A stretch of 60,121 nucleotides of DNA, from NCBI GenBank assembly GCA_964578555.1, contig CAZODJ010000001.1, positions 11,661-71,781 on the forward strand, given 5' to 3'. The notes beneath the pieces are model-generated. The model did no database searches. It was not told the origin of the DNA and saw only the letters and a list, made by a program, of their open reading frames with translations. Both the position numbers and the translations under genes were made by a program. Of this stretch, positions 9,055 through 17,761 are shown one piece after another. The stretch comes from an uncultured Candidatus Kuenenia sp. (GTDB lineage Bacteria; Planctomycetota; Planctomycetia; Pirellulales; UBA1268). Positions within the stretch are counted from its first letter, which is position 1. Each line of letters opens with the position of its first letter.

Positions 9055-9548
9055 TCGCCCAGAAAAAAATCCTCACCGACGAGATGATCGCCCAGATCGA
9101 GGCGCTCGCACCGCGGTATCCTACGCGGCAGGCACTCACGCTTCCGGCGCTCCACCTCGTGCATGCGGCACTGCGACAGGTGCCGCTGGAAGCGGTGGTC
9201 GAGATTGCCGAGGTGCTGGGGCTGGCGCCGGCCGAAGTGCAAGACACCCTGACCTTTTACCAGTTCTTCCATCAGGAGAAGCCGCACGGAAAGGTGCGGG
9301 CCTTCGTCTGCCGATCGATTTCCTGCGCCCTGCGGGGGGGTGATCAGCTGCTCGAGCATCTCTGCCACAAGAACGGCGTGAAGCCCTACGGCACGACGGT
9401 GGATGGTGAGCTGACGATCGAGCCGGCGGAGTGTCTCGGCGCGTGCGATTTCGCCCCCTGCATTCTCGCCAATGACGACCTGCTCGCGAACATGACGCCC
9501 GAGGCCGCGGAAGCGGCATTGAAAAAGCCACGCGCGAGGGCCACCTGA
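9051..9548 (+). CDS. nuoE: NADH-quinone oxidoreductase subunit E (2Fe-2S)
   Basis: The ATG at 9051 overlaps the nuoD stop (ATGA). Cysteines CRSISCALRG..CLGACDFAP form the thioredoxin-like 2Fe-2S pattern. Confidence 0.9.
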   Translation: MIAQKKILTDEMIAQIEALAPRYPTRQALTLPALHLVHAALRQVPLEAVVEIAEVLGLAPAEVQDTLTFYQFFHQEKPHGKVRAFVCRSISCALRGGDQLLEHLCHKNGVKPYGTTVDGELTIEPAECLGACDFAPCILANDDLLANMTPEAAEAALKKPRARAT

Positions 9549-9549
9549 C

Positions 9550-10905
9550 ATGCCGGCATTCAAACCTGTTCTTCTGGAAGCTGTCGGCGTGCCTGACGGC
9601 CACCTGCTTGCCAGCTACAAGAGTCGTGGCGGCTATGCCCCGCTCGAAAAAGTACTAGCGGAAAAGCAGCCTGTCGATGTCGTCGACATGGTCAAGGCGT
9701 CGGGGCTGCGGGGCCGGGGAGGCGCCGGCTTTTCGACTGGGCTCAAGTGGACCTTCCTTCCGAAGGACCATCCAGGGCCGATCTATCTCTGCGTCAATGC
9801 CGATGAGAGCGAGCCCGGCACGTTCAACAATCGCATCCTGATGGAGGATGACCCGCACCAGGTGATCGAGGGCATCATCCTCTCGTCATTCGCGACGCGG
9901 GCCTCCACGGCTTACATCTACCTGCGGTACGAGTATCCGCGGAGTTGGCACCGACTGCAGGCGGCAATCGACGAGGCATATGCCGTCGGCTATCTCGGCA
10001 AGAACATCCGCGGCACGAATTTCTCGCTCGACATCTATCTCCATCGTGGTGCCGCAGCCTACATCTGCGGTGAGGAGACTGGCCTGATCGAAAGTCTCGA
10101 AGGCAAGCGGGCATGGCCGCGGATCAAGCCACCGTTCCCGGCCATCGAGGGCTTGTTCCGCAAGCCGACGGTCGTCAACAACGTCGAGACGATGGCCTGC
10201 GTGGCCCAGATCGCCCGCCGCGGCGTGGAGTGGTTCAAGTCGATCGGTGTGCCGGCCGATCCGAACAACCCGCGCGACCCCGGCTCCTACGGACCCAAGC
10301 TCTATTGTCTTTCCGGCCATGTCGAAAAGCCGGGCTGCTACGAGGCGCCGCTGGGCATCACGGCCCGTCAACTGATCGACGAATTCGGTGGTGGCGTGTG
10401 GAAGGGCCGCAAGGCGAAGGCTGTCATCCCAGGCGGCATCTCGATGGGCCTGATGACCGAAAGCGAACTCGACACCCCGCTCGACTTCGCCGGCCCCGGC
10501 AAGGTGGGCTGCCTCGGGCTCGGCACCGCGGCCGTCGTCGTGATCGACGACCAGACGAGCATCGTCGACGTGCTCCACAACTCCTGCCGGTTCTTCGCCC
10601 ACGAGTCGTGCGGCCAGTGCACGCCCTGCCGCGAGGGCACGAGTTGGAGCCTGCGGATGCTCGAGCGGATCAAGGCAGGCAAGGGACGGCTCAAGGATCT
10701 CGACCTGCTCGCCGAGATCGGCAGCACGATGGGGATGATGCCGGGCAGCACGATCTGTGGCCTGGCGGACGGCGCCGCCTGGCCGATCAAGAATGCGATC
10801 AAGAAGTTTCGCAGTGAATTCGAAGACCACATCAAGCGAACGAATCCCACGGGCTGGATGGTGACCGAGCCCGTCCCGGCCTTGCAGATCGTGGAGGCGC
10901 ACTAG
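9550..10905 (+). CDS. nuoF: NADH-quinone oxidoreductase subunit F (FMN/NADH site)
   Basis: 451 aa. Motifs: GRGGAGFSTGLKW and the 4Fe-4S motif ESCGQCTPCREG. Confidence 0.95.
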   Translation: MPAFKPVLLEAVGVPDGHLLASYKSRGGYAPLEKVLAEKQPVDVVDMVKASGLRGRGGAGFSTGLKWTFLPKDHPGPIYLCVNADESEPGTFNNRILMEDDPHQVIEGIILSSFATRASTAYIYLRYEYPRSWHRLQAAIDEAYAVGYLGKNIRGTNFSLDIYLHRGAAAYICGEETGLIESLEGKRAWPRIKPPFPAIEGLFRKPTVVNNVETMACVAQIARRGVEWFKSIGVPADPNNPRDPGSYGPKLYCLSGHVEKPGCYEAPLGITARQLIDEFGGGVWKGRKAKAVIPGGISMGLMTESELDTPLDFAGPGKVGCLGLGTAAVVVIDDQTSIVDVLHNSCRFFAHESCGQCTPCREGTSWSLRMLERIKAGKGRLKDLDLLAEIGSTMGMMPGSTICGLADGAAWPIKNAIKKFRSEFEDHIKRTNPTGWMVTEPVPALQIVEAH

Positions 10906-10913
10906 GAAGTCTC

Positions 10914-12551
10914 ATGCCCGTAGTCATCGTTGACGGACAAGAAATCGAGTTTGGGGCCGAGGAGCAGCTCAACTGCATTCAGGCCGCCCGGCTGGCTGGC
11001 AAGGAGATTCCGCACTATTGCTGGCATCCGGGCCTGTCGGTGGTGGCCAGTTGCCGCATGTGCCTAATCGAGACAGGCCAGCGAGATGCGAGCACAGGCA
11101 CAGTCACGATGGTGCCCAAGCTGGTGCCCGGCTGCCAGACGCCGGTCAAGGACGGCACGGTAATCGTCACTGAGAGCGACAAGGTGACGGAGAGTCGGGC
11201 CCGGGTCGAGGAGGCGCTGCTCATCGACCATCCGATCGACTGCCCGATCTGCGACAAGGCTGGCGAGTGCCTCCTGCAGGACTACCACTTCGAGCACGGC
11301 CAGGCCGAGCGGCGGGCCGATCTTCATCCCTTCCACAGCCGCAAGCGGGACGTCGGGCCGACGGTGTCTCTCTTCGTCGACCGCTGCATCATGTGCACAC
11401 GGTGCGTGCGGTTCACCCGCGAGGTGAGTGGCACATCGGAACTGATGGTTACCAGCCGTGGAGCGAAGGAAGAAATTGATGTCTTCCCTGGCTTCCCGCT
11501 CGAGAACAAGCTCGCCGGTAATGTCGTCGATCTCTGCCCGGTCGGCGCGCTCGGCGACAAAGACTTTCTATACCAGCAGCGGGTCTGGTTCCTGAAGCGG
11601 GAGCCGAACGTCTGCGGTGGCTGCGCCGCCGGATGCTCCATCTTCACCGAGCACAACCAAGACACGGTCTACCGGCTCAAGCCGCGCGAAAACATGCACG
11701 TCAACAAGTGGTGGATCTGCGACGAGGGCCGCTATGGCTGGCACCATCTGCACGATTCCGCCCGCGTGCTCGAGGCTGGCCGGAAGGCAGCAGGTGGCTC
11801 GCATCGCGGCACCGGGTTGAATGGTGGCGTCGAGCCGGTTGAGTGGGCCGATGTCGTCATGCAGCTCCGCAGCGACCTGGTCGCGGCCGGCCGGCTCGCG
11901 GTGGCCGTGTCGCCACAGCTCACGGTTGAAGAAGCCTGGATGCTCTGCTCGGTCGCCCGGTCGATCGATCCGGAGGCCTACCTGGCCCTCGGCTTCGTGC
12001 CGACGAAGGACGCAGACGAATCCTTTCCCGGCGGCTTCACGATTCGCGGCGAGAAGTGCCCCAACCGCCGCGGTGTCGAGCAGGTGCTTGGCCTGTTCAA
12101 CGCAGCCAATACCGGGTGGGACGATCTTGTCGCCCATGTCGCCGGTGGCGGGGCCAAGGCCGCGTGGATCACGGCCGGCCATCCGCAGCCCTGGATCGAG
12201 ACGGCCACGGCGGCGGCATTCGCCGACCTCAAACAACTCGTCGTGCAGGATCTCTTCCATTCACCGTTGATGGAACTGGCAACCTGGCGGCTGCCCGCGG
12301 CCGGCTTCGCCGAGCGGGCCGGCACGTGGGTGAATGTCGCTCACCGAGCCCAGTGCTTCCGCCAGGCGATCCGCCCGCCGGCTGGCGTCTGGCCGGAAGG
12401 CCGTCTTTATTGGAACATGCTCGGCCGCCGCGGGCTCTATGACCCGACAGCCATCCGTCACGAACTCGCCGCCTCATCGGCCGCCTTCGCGGCACTCGCC
12501 GATGGCATTCCCGCGACCGGCATCGACCTCCGCATCCATCAACTCGCATGA
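10914..12551 (+). CDS. nuoG: NADH-quinone oxidoreductase subunit G (short form)
   Basis: 545 aa. Motifs: 2Fe-2S CWHPGLSVVASCRMC, then HPIDCPICDKAGECLLQD and CIMCTRCVRF. The C-terminal molybdopterin-like part is shorter than in enterobacterial NuoG. Confidence 0.9.
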   Translation: MPVVIVDGQEIEFGAEEQLNCIQAARLAGKEIPHYCWHPGLSVVASCRMCLIETGQRDASTGTVTMVPKLVPGCQTPVKDGTVIVTESDKVTESRARVEEALLIDHPIDCPICDKAGECLLQDYHFEHGQAERRADLHPFHSRKRDVGPTVSLFVDRCIMCTRCVRFTREVSGTSELMVTSRGAKEEIDVFPGFPLENKLAGNVVDLCPVGALGDKDFLYQQRVWFLKREPNVCGGCAAGCSIFTEHNQDTVYRLKPRENMHVNKWWICDEGRYGWHHLHDSARVLEAGRKAAGGSHRGTGLNGGVEPVEWADVVMQLRSDLVAAGRLAVAVSPQLTVEEAWMLCSVARSIDPEAYLALGFVPTKDADESFPGGFTIRGEKCPNRRGVEQVLGLFNAANTGWDDLVAHVAGGGAKAAWITAGHPQPWIETATAAAFADLKQLVVQDLFHSPLMELATWRLPAAGFAERAGTWVNVAHRAQCFRQAIRPPAGVWPEGRLYWNMLGRRGLYDPTAIRHELAASSAAFAALADGIPATGIDLRIHQLA

Positions 12552-13804
12552 ACGCTCTTCTCCCATCTCCGGCAACCATCGCCGCCCTCGTGAAGATCGG
12601 CCTGCTCATCGGCGGCCTGATGACGGCCGCGGCCTACCTCGTGCTCGTCGAGCGGTGGATGGCCGCCTGGGTGCAGGATCGTAAGGGCCCGAATCGGGTC
12701 GGCATTCCGCTCACGAAGATCCGCCTCTTCGGTCTCGGACAGCCGCTGGCCGACGGTCTGAAGATCATCCTCAAAGAGGACTTCACGCCGAAGCATGTCG
12801 ACAAGGTGCTCTACAACGTCGCGCCGCTGCTCATCCTCGCCACGTCGCTGGCGATCTTCGCTGCTATCCCGTTCGGCAGCGTGCTGCCGCCGCTGGGCAT
12901 CCCTGGCTTGCCCGATCCGGTGCCCTTTCTCGTGGCGCCGAGTCTCGACGTCGGGGTGCTGTGGGTCTTTGCCCTCTCGAGCATCACCGTCTACAGCGTG
13001 CTCCTCGGTGGCTGGGCCAGCAACAACAAATATGGCTTCCTCGGGGGCCTGCGGAGCAGTGCCCAACTGGTGGCCTATGAAATCCCGCTCGGCCTCGGCC
13101 TGCTCGGCGTCGTGCTGGCGGCCGGGTCGCTCCGGCTTGATGTGATCATGAGTGCCCAGGCTCAAAGCGGCGTGTGGTATGCATTCGCACAACCGCTGGG
13201 ATTCATCGTGTTCTTGGTGGCAGCGTTCGCCGAGGCGGCCCGGCTCCCGTTCGACCTTCCCGAGGCCGAGCAGGAACTCGTTGGCGGCTATCACACGGAA
13301 TACTCGGGCATCAAGCTGCTGCTCTTCCTCGTCGCCGAGTTCCTCCACATGGTCACGGCCTCGTTCCTGATCGTGATCATGTTTTTCGGCGGCTGGCACT
13401 TCTGGGGCCTCACCGGCTCGGGTGACGAGGTGACCTGGGCCGGGGCATTGATTCGTTTTGGCGTGCTCTCCGCCAAGATTTTTGCCGTGATCCTGTTCTT
13501 CATGCTGGTTCGCTGGAGCTGGCCGCGGTTCCGGTTCGATCAGCTCATGAACCTCGCCTGGAAGGTGATGCTGCCGCTGGGACTGGCCAACCTCGTCACG
13601 GTAGCCACGATCGAGGAGTTCCGCCCGCAGCTGATCGCCGCCCTTGGGTCAGGTCCGGCGCAGTGGCTGGCCATCGCCGCCCCCTGGGCAGTGTTCTTCA
13701 TCGGCTGGATCGCCGCTGGTCTCCTCACGCCATCGGGCACCGACAACCGCCCTGTCCGCACCCACGACCCGTTCGACATCGAGCACGAACTCTCCGGAGC
13801 ATGA
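12548..13804 (+). CDS. nuoH: NADH-quinone oxidoreductase subunit H
   Basis: ATGA overlap with nuoG. Motifs: KGPNRVG and LPEAEQELVGGYHTEYSG. Confidence 0.95.
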   Translation: MNALLPSPATIAALVKIGLLIGGLMTAAAYLVLVERWMAAWVQDRKGPNRVGIPLTKIRLFGLGQPLADGLKIILKEDFTPKHVDKVLYNVAPLLILATSLAIFAAIPFGSVLPPLGIPGLPDPVPFLVAPSLDVGVLWVFALSSITVYSVLLGGWASNNKYGFLGGLRSSAQLVAYEIPLGLGLLGVVLAAGSLRLDVIMSAQAQSGVWYAFAQPLGFIVFLVAAFAEAARLPFDLPEAEQELVGGYHTEYSGIKLLLFLVAEFLHMVTASFLIVIMFFGGWHFWGLTGSGDEVTWAGALIRFGVLSAKIFAVILFFMLVRWSWPRFRFDQLMNLAWKVMLPLGLANLVTVATIEEFRPQLIAALGSGPAQWLAIAAPWAVFFIGWIAAGLLTPSGTDNRPVRTHDPFDIEHELSGA

Positions 13805-13811
13805 GCCTGCC

Positions 13812-14375
13812 ATGAAGCCGACCGATCCCGCCGTCACCTGGCTGGAAGAGAAGCCGCTCGGACTGGCCGAGCGGCTCTATCTGCCGCTTTTTGTGCAGGG
13901 CCTCGCCACCACCGCGCGGCACTTGGTGAGCCCGAAGGTGACGGTGAGCTACCCCGAGCAGCGGCCGACCGTCGGCAACCCGCTCATCTACCGCGGCGTG
14001 CACCGGCTCAACCGCGACGACGAGGGCCGCGTGAAGTGTGTCGCCTGCTTTCTCTGCGCGACCGCCTGCCCGGCCCATTGCATCGACATCGTGGCCACCG
14101 AAAGCCCGTGGCCCGATCGCGAAAAATATCCCGAGGCCTTCCAGATCGACGAGTTGCGATGCATCTTTTGTGGCATGTGCGAGGAAGCCTGTCCGGTCGA
14201 TGCGATCGAATTGACGAGTCTGCTTGATCTCACCGGCAAGAGCCGCGAGGAGATGATCTTCGACAAGGAAAAGCTCCTGAGCGTGTACGACATGACGAAG
14301 GACGCCGAGCCGATGAAGTCGGCCCAGTACAGGCAAGAGCTCTCTCAGGCTCACGGTGCGGGAGGCGCGGCGTGA
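13812..14375 (+). CDS. nuoI: NADH-quinone oxidoreductase subunit I (2x 4Fe-4S)
   Basis: Starts at the inner ATG at 13812. Two ferredoxin motifs: CVACFLCATACP and CIFCGMCEEACP. Confidence 0.9.
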   Translation: MKPTDPAVTWLEEKPLGLAERLYLPLFVQGLATTARHLVSPKVTVSYPEQRPTVGNPLIYRGVHRLNRDDEGRVKCVACFLCATACPAHCIDIVATESPWPDREKYPEAFQIDELRCIFCGMCEEACPVDAIELTSLLDLTGKSREEMIFDKEKLLSVYDMTKDAEPMKSAQYRQELSQAHGAGGAA

Positions 14376-15124
14376 TGCTTGCAGCGATCGACCCGCTCTC
14401 CCCCGGCGTGCTCCTGGCCGCTGCCGTAACCGCCTCGGCGGCAAGTCTGTGGCTGCTCTTGCCTCGCGGCCAGAGTGGACGCCGTGAGCGAACCGCCCGT
14501 TGGCTGGGAGCGGTCCTCGGCGTCGCAGCCCTGGCCGCCTTCATCATCACCGGCCGCCGGCTCGGTGGGCTGGGCGAGGAGTCGGTGTTTCTGATCGTGT
14601 CGCTGGTGGCGGTCGTGTCGGCAGCGGCGACCGTCGTGTCACGGTCGCCGGTCTATGCGGCGATCTGGTTCGCCCTGTCGCTAGCCGGGGTGGCCGGCGT
14701 GCTGCTCGTGCTCGGGGCGCAGTTTTTGGGCGTGGCCACGATCGTGGTCTACGCAGGGGCGATTCTCGTGATGTTTCTCTTCGTGCTCATGCTGGCCCAA
14801 CCGTCGGGGCTGGCTCCCTACGATCGCGTCTCCAACGAGCCGCTCCTGGCGGCGGTCGCCGGCGCGGTACTGCTGGGATTGTTGTCGCTCTCGATCGGCA
14901 GGCTGTCGGCCGGTGACACGGCCGCGGCGGCCGACGTCGCCCCCGCCGTGGCGGTCGACGCCCTGCAGGCCGACCATGTCGCCCGGCTCGGGGGCGAACT
15001 GTTCGGCCGACATCTGGTCGCCATCGAGGCGGCCGGTGTGCTCCTGCTGATCGCGCTGATCGGCTCAATCGCGATCGTGGCCCGTGGCGAAGAGTCCAGG
15101 GTGCAGGAAAGGCGGGCTGCCTGA
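14372..15124 (+). CDS. nuoJ: NADH-quinone oxidoreductase subunit J
   Basis: Hydrophobic 250-aa protein in the expected operon position. The start is either GTG at 14372 or ATG at 14375, overlapping the nuoI stop. Confidence 0.85.
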   Translation: MMLAAIDPLSPGVLLAAAVTASAASLWLLLPRGQSGRRERTARWLGAVLGVAALAAFIITGRRLGGLGEESVFLIVSLVAVVSAAATVVSRSPVYAAIWFALSLAGVAGVLLVLGAQFLGVATIVVYAGAILVMFLFVLMLAQPSGLAPYDRVSNEPLLAAVAGAVLLGLLSLSIGRLSAGDTAAAADVAPAVAVDALQADHVARLGGELFGRHLVAIEAAGVLLLIALIGSIAIVARGEESRVQERRAA

Positions 15125-15567
15125 TGTCGTCGCTCCCGCTCCTGCAAAACGCCCTGCTCGTCGGGGCCATCCTGTTCAGCCTTGGGCTCGTCGGCATCCT
15201 GGCCCGCCGCAACCTGATCGTGATGTTTCTCGCCGCCGAAATGATGCTGCAAGGGATTTCGGTGAGCCTCGTCGCCTGGAGCCGCTACCACGGCGATTGG
15301 GGGGGCCAGATCCTTGTGATCTTCGTGCTCACGGTGGCGGCCTGCGAGGCGGCGATTGCGCTGGTGTTCGTGCTCGGCGCCTTCTCGCGGACCGGTCGGC
15401 TCGACGCGGCGGCCTGGCAGTCGCTCCGCGAGGCGACGCTCGGTCGTGTGATCGACCGGGAACTCCCCGCCGTCGACACGCTGCCCCAGAAGTTTCCCAC
15501 GCTCACGCCGGCCGGCGTCCTTCCCGAAACCGACGAAGACGAACTGCTCCAGCGGGAGCACGTCTGA
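15124..15567 (+). CDS. nuoK: NADH-quinone oxidoreductase subunit K with about 45-aa hydrophilic C-terminal extension
   Basis: The ATG overlaps the nuoJ stop (TGATG). The 3-TM core contains LTVAACEAAIALV, followed by the tail SRTGRLDAAAWQSLREATLG..ETDEDELLQREHV. Confidence 0.85.
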   Translation: MSSLPLLQNALLVGAILFSLGLVGILARRNLIVMFLAAEMMLQGISVSLVAWSRYHGDWGGQILVIFVLTVAACEAAIALVFVLGAFSRTGRLDAAAWQSLREATLGRVIDRELPAVDTLPQKFPTLTPAGVLPETDEDELLQREHV

Positions 15568-15588
15568 CGCCGCCCTTTCAAACCCCTC

Positions 15589-17733
15589 ATGCAAGACATC
15601 TCTCCCGCCACGCTCCTCGTCCTCGTGCCGCTCCTCCCACTGGTGGGCGCCATCGTCACGGTCGCCTGCGGCCGCCTGCTCGGCAGCCGGGCCCACCTGC
15701 CGGCTGTGATCTCGATCGCGGCGGCGCTGGGCTGTGCGGTCGTGCTTCTCGCTGGTACAGCCCGGCTCGTCGGCGACAGCCATGGCGGCCCGGCACGGCC
15801 GGTCGAGATGATCACCACACTCTGGCAGTGGGCGACCGTGGAGGGCTCCGAGCCCTTCTCCATTCCGGTGGCCCTGCGGCTCGACCCGCTCACCGCCACG
15901 ATGCTCACAATCATCACGAGCGTCGGCCTGCTGGTGGCAATCTACTCCATCGGCTACATGCACGATGATCCGGGCTACCCGCGGTTCTTCGCCCTGGTGG
16001 CGGCCTTCGTGTTTTCCATGGCGATGCTCGTGGCGGCGAGCAACTTCCTGCTCGTCTACGTCTTCTGGGAGGCGGTGGGTGCCTGCAGCTATCTCCTGAT
16101 CGGCTTTTGGTTTCGCAAGCCAGAGGCGGCGAAGGCGGCGAAGAAGGCTTTTCTCGTGAATCGTGTCGGCGACTTCGGCCTCGCGGTCGCCACGTTTCTG
16201 CTGTGGATGACCTACGGCACGCTCAACTTCCACGACACACTCTCCGCCGACGGCGTGATCATGCCCGGCATCCTTGGCCAGACACGGCTGGCGGATGCTG
16301 CGGGCTACGTGGGCGGGACCGTCGGCACGGCCATCTGTCTCCTTTTGCTCTTGGCCGCCTGTGGCAAGAGCGCCCAGCTGCCGCTGCACGTCTGGCTGCC
16401 CGATGCCATGGAGGGCCCGACGCCGGCCAGCTCCCTCATTCATGCCGCCACGATGGTGACCGCGGGGATTTACCTGATCGCCCGCAGTTGCCCCCTCTTC
16501 ATGGCCTGCCCCGATGCATTGACCACGGTGTCGATCGTCGGCGCCACGACGGCGCTGGTCGCCGGACTGATCGGCACGGTGCAAAACGATCTCAAGCGGG
16601 TCCTGGCCTACTCCACGATCAGCCAGCTCGGCTACATGTTTGCGAGCCTCGGCACCGGCACGCTCCTCGGCTTCACGGCCGCCATTTTTCATCTGCTTAC
16701 CCACGCCTTTTTCAAGGCGTTGCTCTTCATGGGAGCCGGTTCGGTGATGCATTCGATGGGGGGCGTGATCGACATGCGACGGTTCGGTGGCCTGCGTCGC
16801 GTCATGCCGATCACCGCCGCCACGTTTCTGGTCGGTGCGTTCGCCTTGGCCGGTGTCGCGCCGTTCGCCGGCTTCTTCAGCAAGGACGAGATTCTCGCCA
16901 GCCTCCACTCTCGCGGCTGGCCCGACGCCCATCATGAGGATCACCACGCCGCGGCGCACAAAGGGGACGCAGCTCATTTTCACCTTGCAGCATGGTCTCC
17001 TGATGATGGCCAGCGAGAAAATGAGCTGCGTCCCCTTTCCCGGATCGACAGCCCGGCCACGTTCCGCACGCTTTTCTGGATGGCCTTGTTCACGGCCGGC
17101 CTGACCGCCTTTTACACGTTTCGTGCGGTCTTCATGACGTTCACCGGGCCGACCCGCGTGCCGGAAGAAGCGGGCCACCATGCCCATGAATCGCCCCCCG
17201 TCATGACGGTGCCACTGATCATCCTCGCCATCGCCTCCGCCGTGAGCGGCTGGCTGCTCTTCAGCACCCATGCCCTGGCCAACTTTCTCGCCGCGACTCC
17301 GTCCTTCACCGCGCCGGCCGTCGTCGCCACCGCCGTCAAGCCTGCCTTCCACTGGGATCTCGCCCTCCAGGGCACGCTGGCCGCGGCGATCGGCATCGCG
17401 CTGGCCGCCTACGGTCACCTCGGCCGCCGTAGCGACGGGCCGCAGATGGAGCGTTTTCTCGGACCACTCGAGACGCTCTTTGCCCGGAAGTTCTTTTTCG
17501 ACGAGATCTACACGGCCCTCGTGGTGAGGCCGCTGGAGGCGCTTGCTTTCGTGTCAGCTCTGTTCGACCGCCGCGTGATCGACGGCCTCGTCGACCTCGT
17601 CGCCGGGATTCCCTTTGCCGCGGCTGCCGTCGTGCGGCAGTTCCAGTCGGGCCTGCTACAGCGGTATGCCCTCGCCGGTGTGGTCGGCGTGCTGGCGATC
17701 GTCGTCGCCCTCGCATGGCAGCTCCGCGGCTGA
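15589..17733 (+). CDS. nuoL: NADH-quinone oxidoreductase subunit L
   Basis: 714 aa. Motifs: WEAVGACSYLLIGFW, HAFFKALLFMGAGSV, FFSKDEIL. Contains an in-frame palindromic insert at 16960-17038. Confidence 0.9.
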   Translation: MQDISPATLLVLVPLLPLVGAIVTVACGRLLGSRAHLPAVISIAAALGCAVVLLAGTARLVGDSHGGPARPVEMITTLWQWATVEGSEPFSIPVALRLDPLTATMLTIITSVGLLVAIYSIGYMHDDPGYPRFFALVAAFVFSMAMLVAASNFLLVYVFWEAVGACSYLLIGFWFRKPEAAKAAKKAFLVNRVGDFGLAVATFLLWMTYGTLNFHDTLSADGVIMPGILGQTRLADAAGYVGGTVGTAICLLLLLAACGKSAQLPLHVWLPDAMEGPTPASSLIHAATMVTAGIYLIARSCPLFMACPDALTTVSIVGATTALVAGLIGTVQNDLKRVLAYSTISQLGYMFASLGTGTLLGFTAAIFHLLTHAFFKALLFMGAGSVMHSMGGVIDMRRFGGLRRVMPITAATFLVGAFALAGVAPFAGFFSKDEILASLHSRGWPDAHHEDHHAAAHKGDAAHFHLAAWSPDDGQRENELRPLSRIDSPATFRTLFWMALFTAGLTAFYTFRAVFMTFTGPTRVPEEAGHHAHESPPVMTVPLIILAIASAVSGWLLFSTHALANFLAATPSFTAPAVVATAVKPAFHWDLALQGTLAAAIGIALAAYGHLGRRSDGPQMERFLGPLETLFARKFFFDEIYTALVVRPLEALAFVSALFDRRVIDGLVDLVAGIPFAAAAVVRQFQSGLLQRYALAGVVGVLAIVVALAWQLRG
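16960..17038. repeat. perfect 22-nt inverted repeat with 35-nt spacer inside the nuoL coding sequence
   Basis: AAAGGGGACGCAGCTCATTTTC (16960-16981) is the exact reverse complement of GAAAATGAGCTGCGTCCCCTTT (17017-17038). Verified base by base. Confidence 0.8.
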
Positions 17734-17761
17734 CGCGCTTCCTTCCAGGCATCCCCCAATC

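Noticed and set aside
14818-17418. 866-aa ORF on the minus strand, the longest in the track
   Set aside because: It is antisense to nuoJ, nuoK and nuoL. Its composition is dominated by R/G/A/E/D/H with no motif. It is a shadow ORF.
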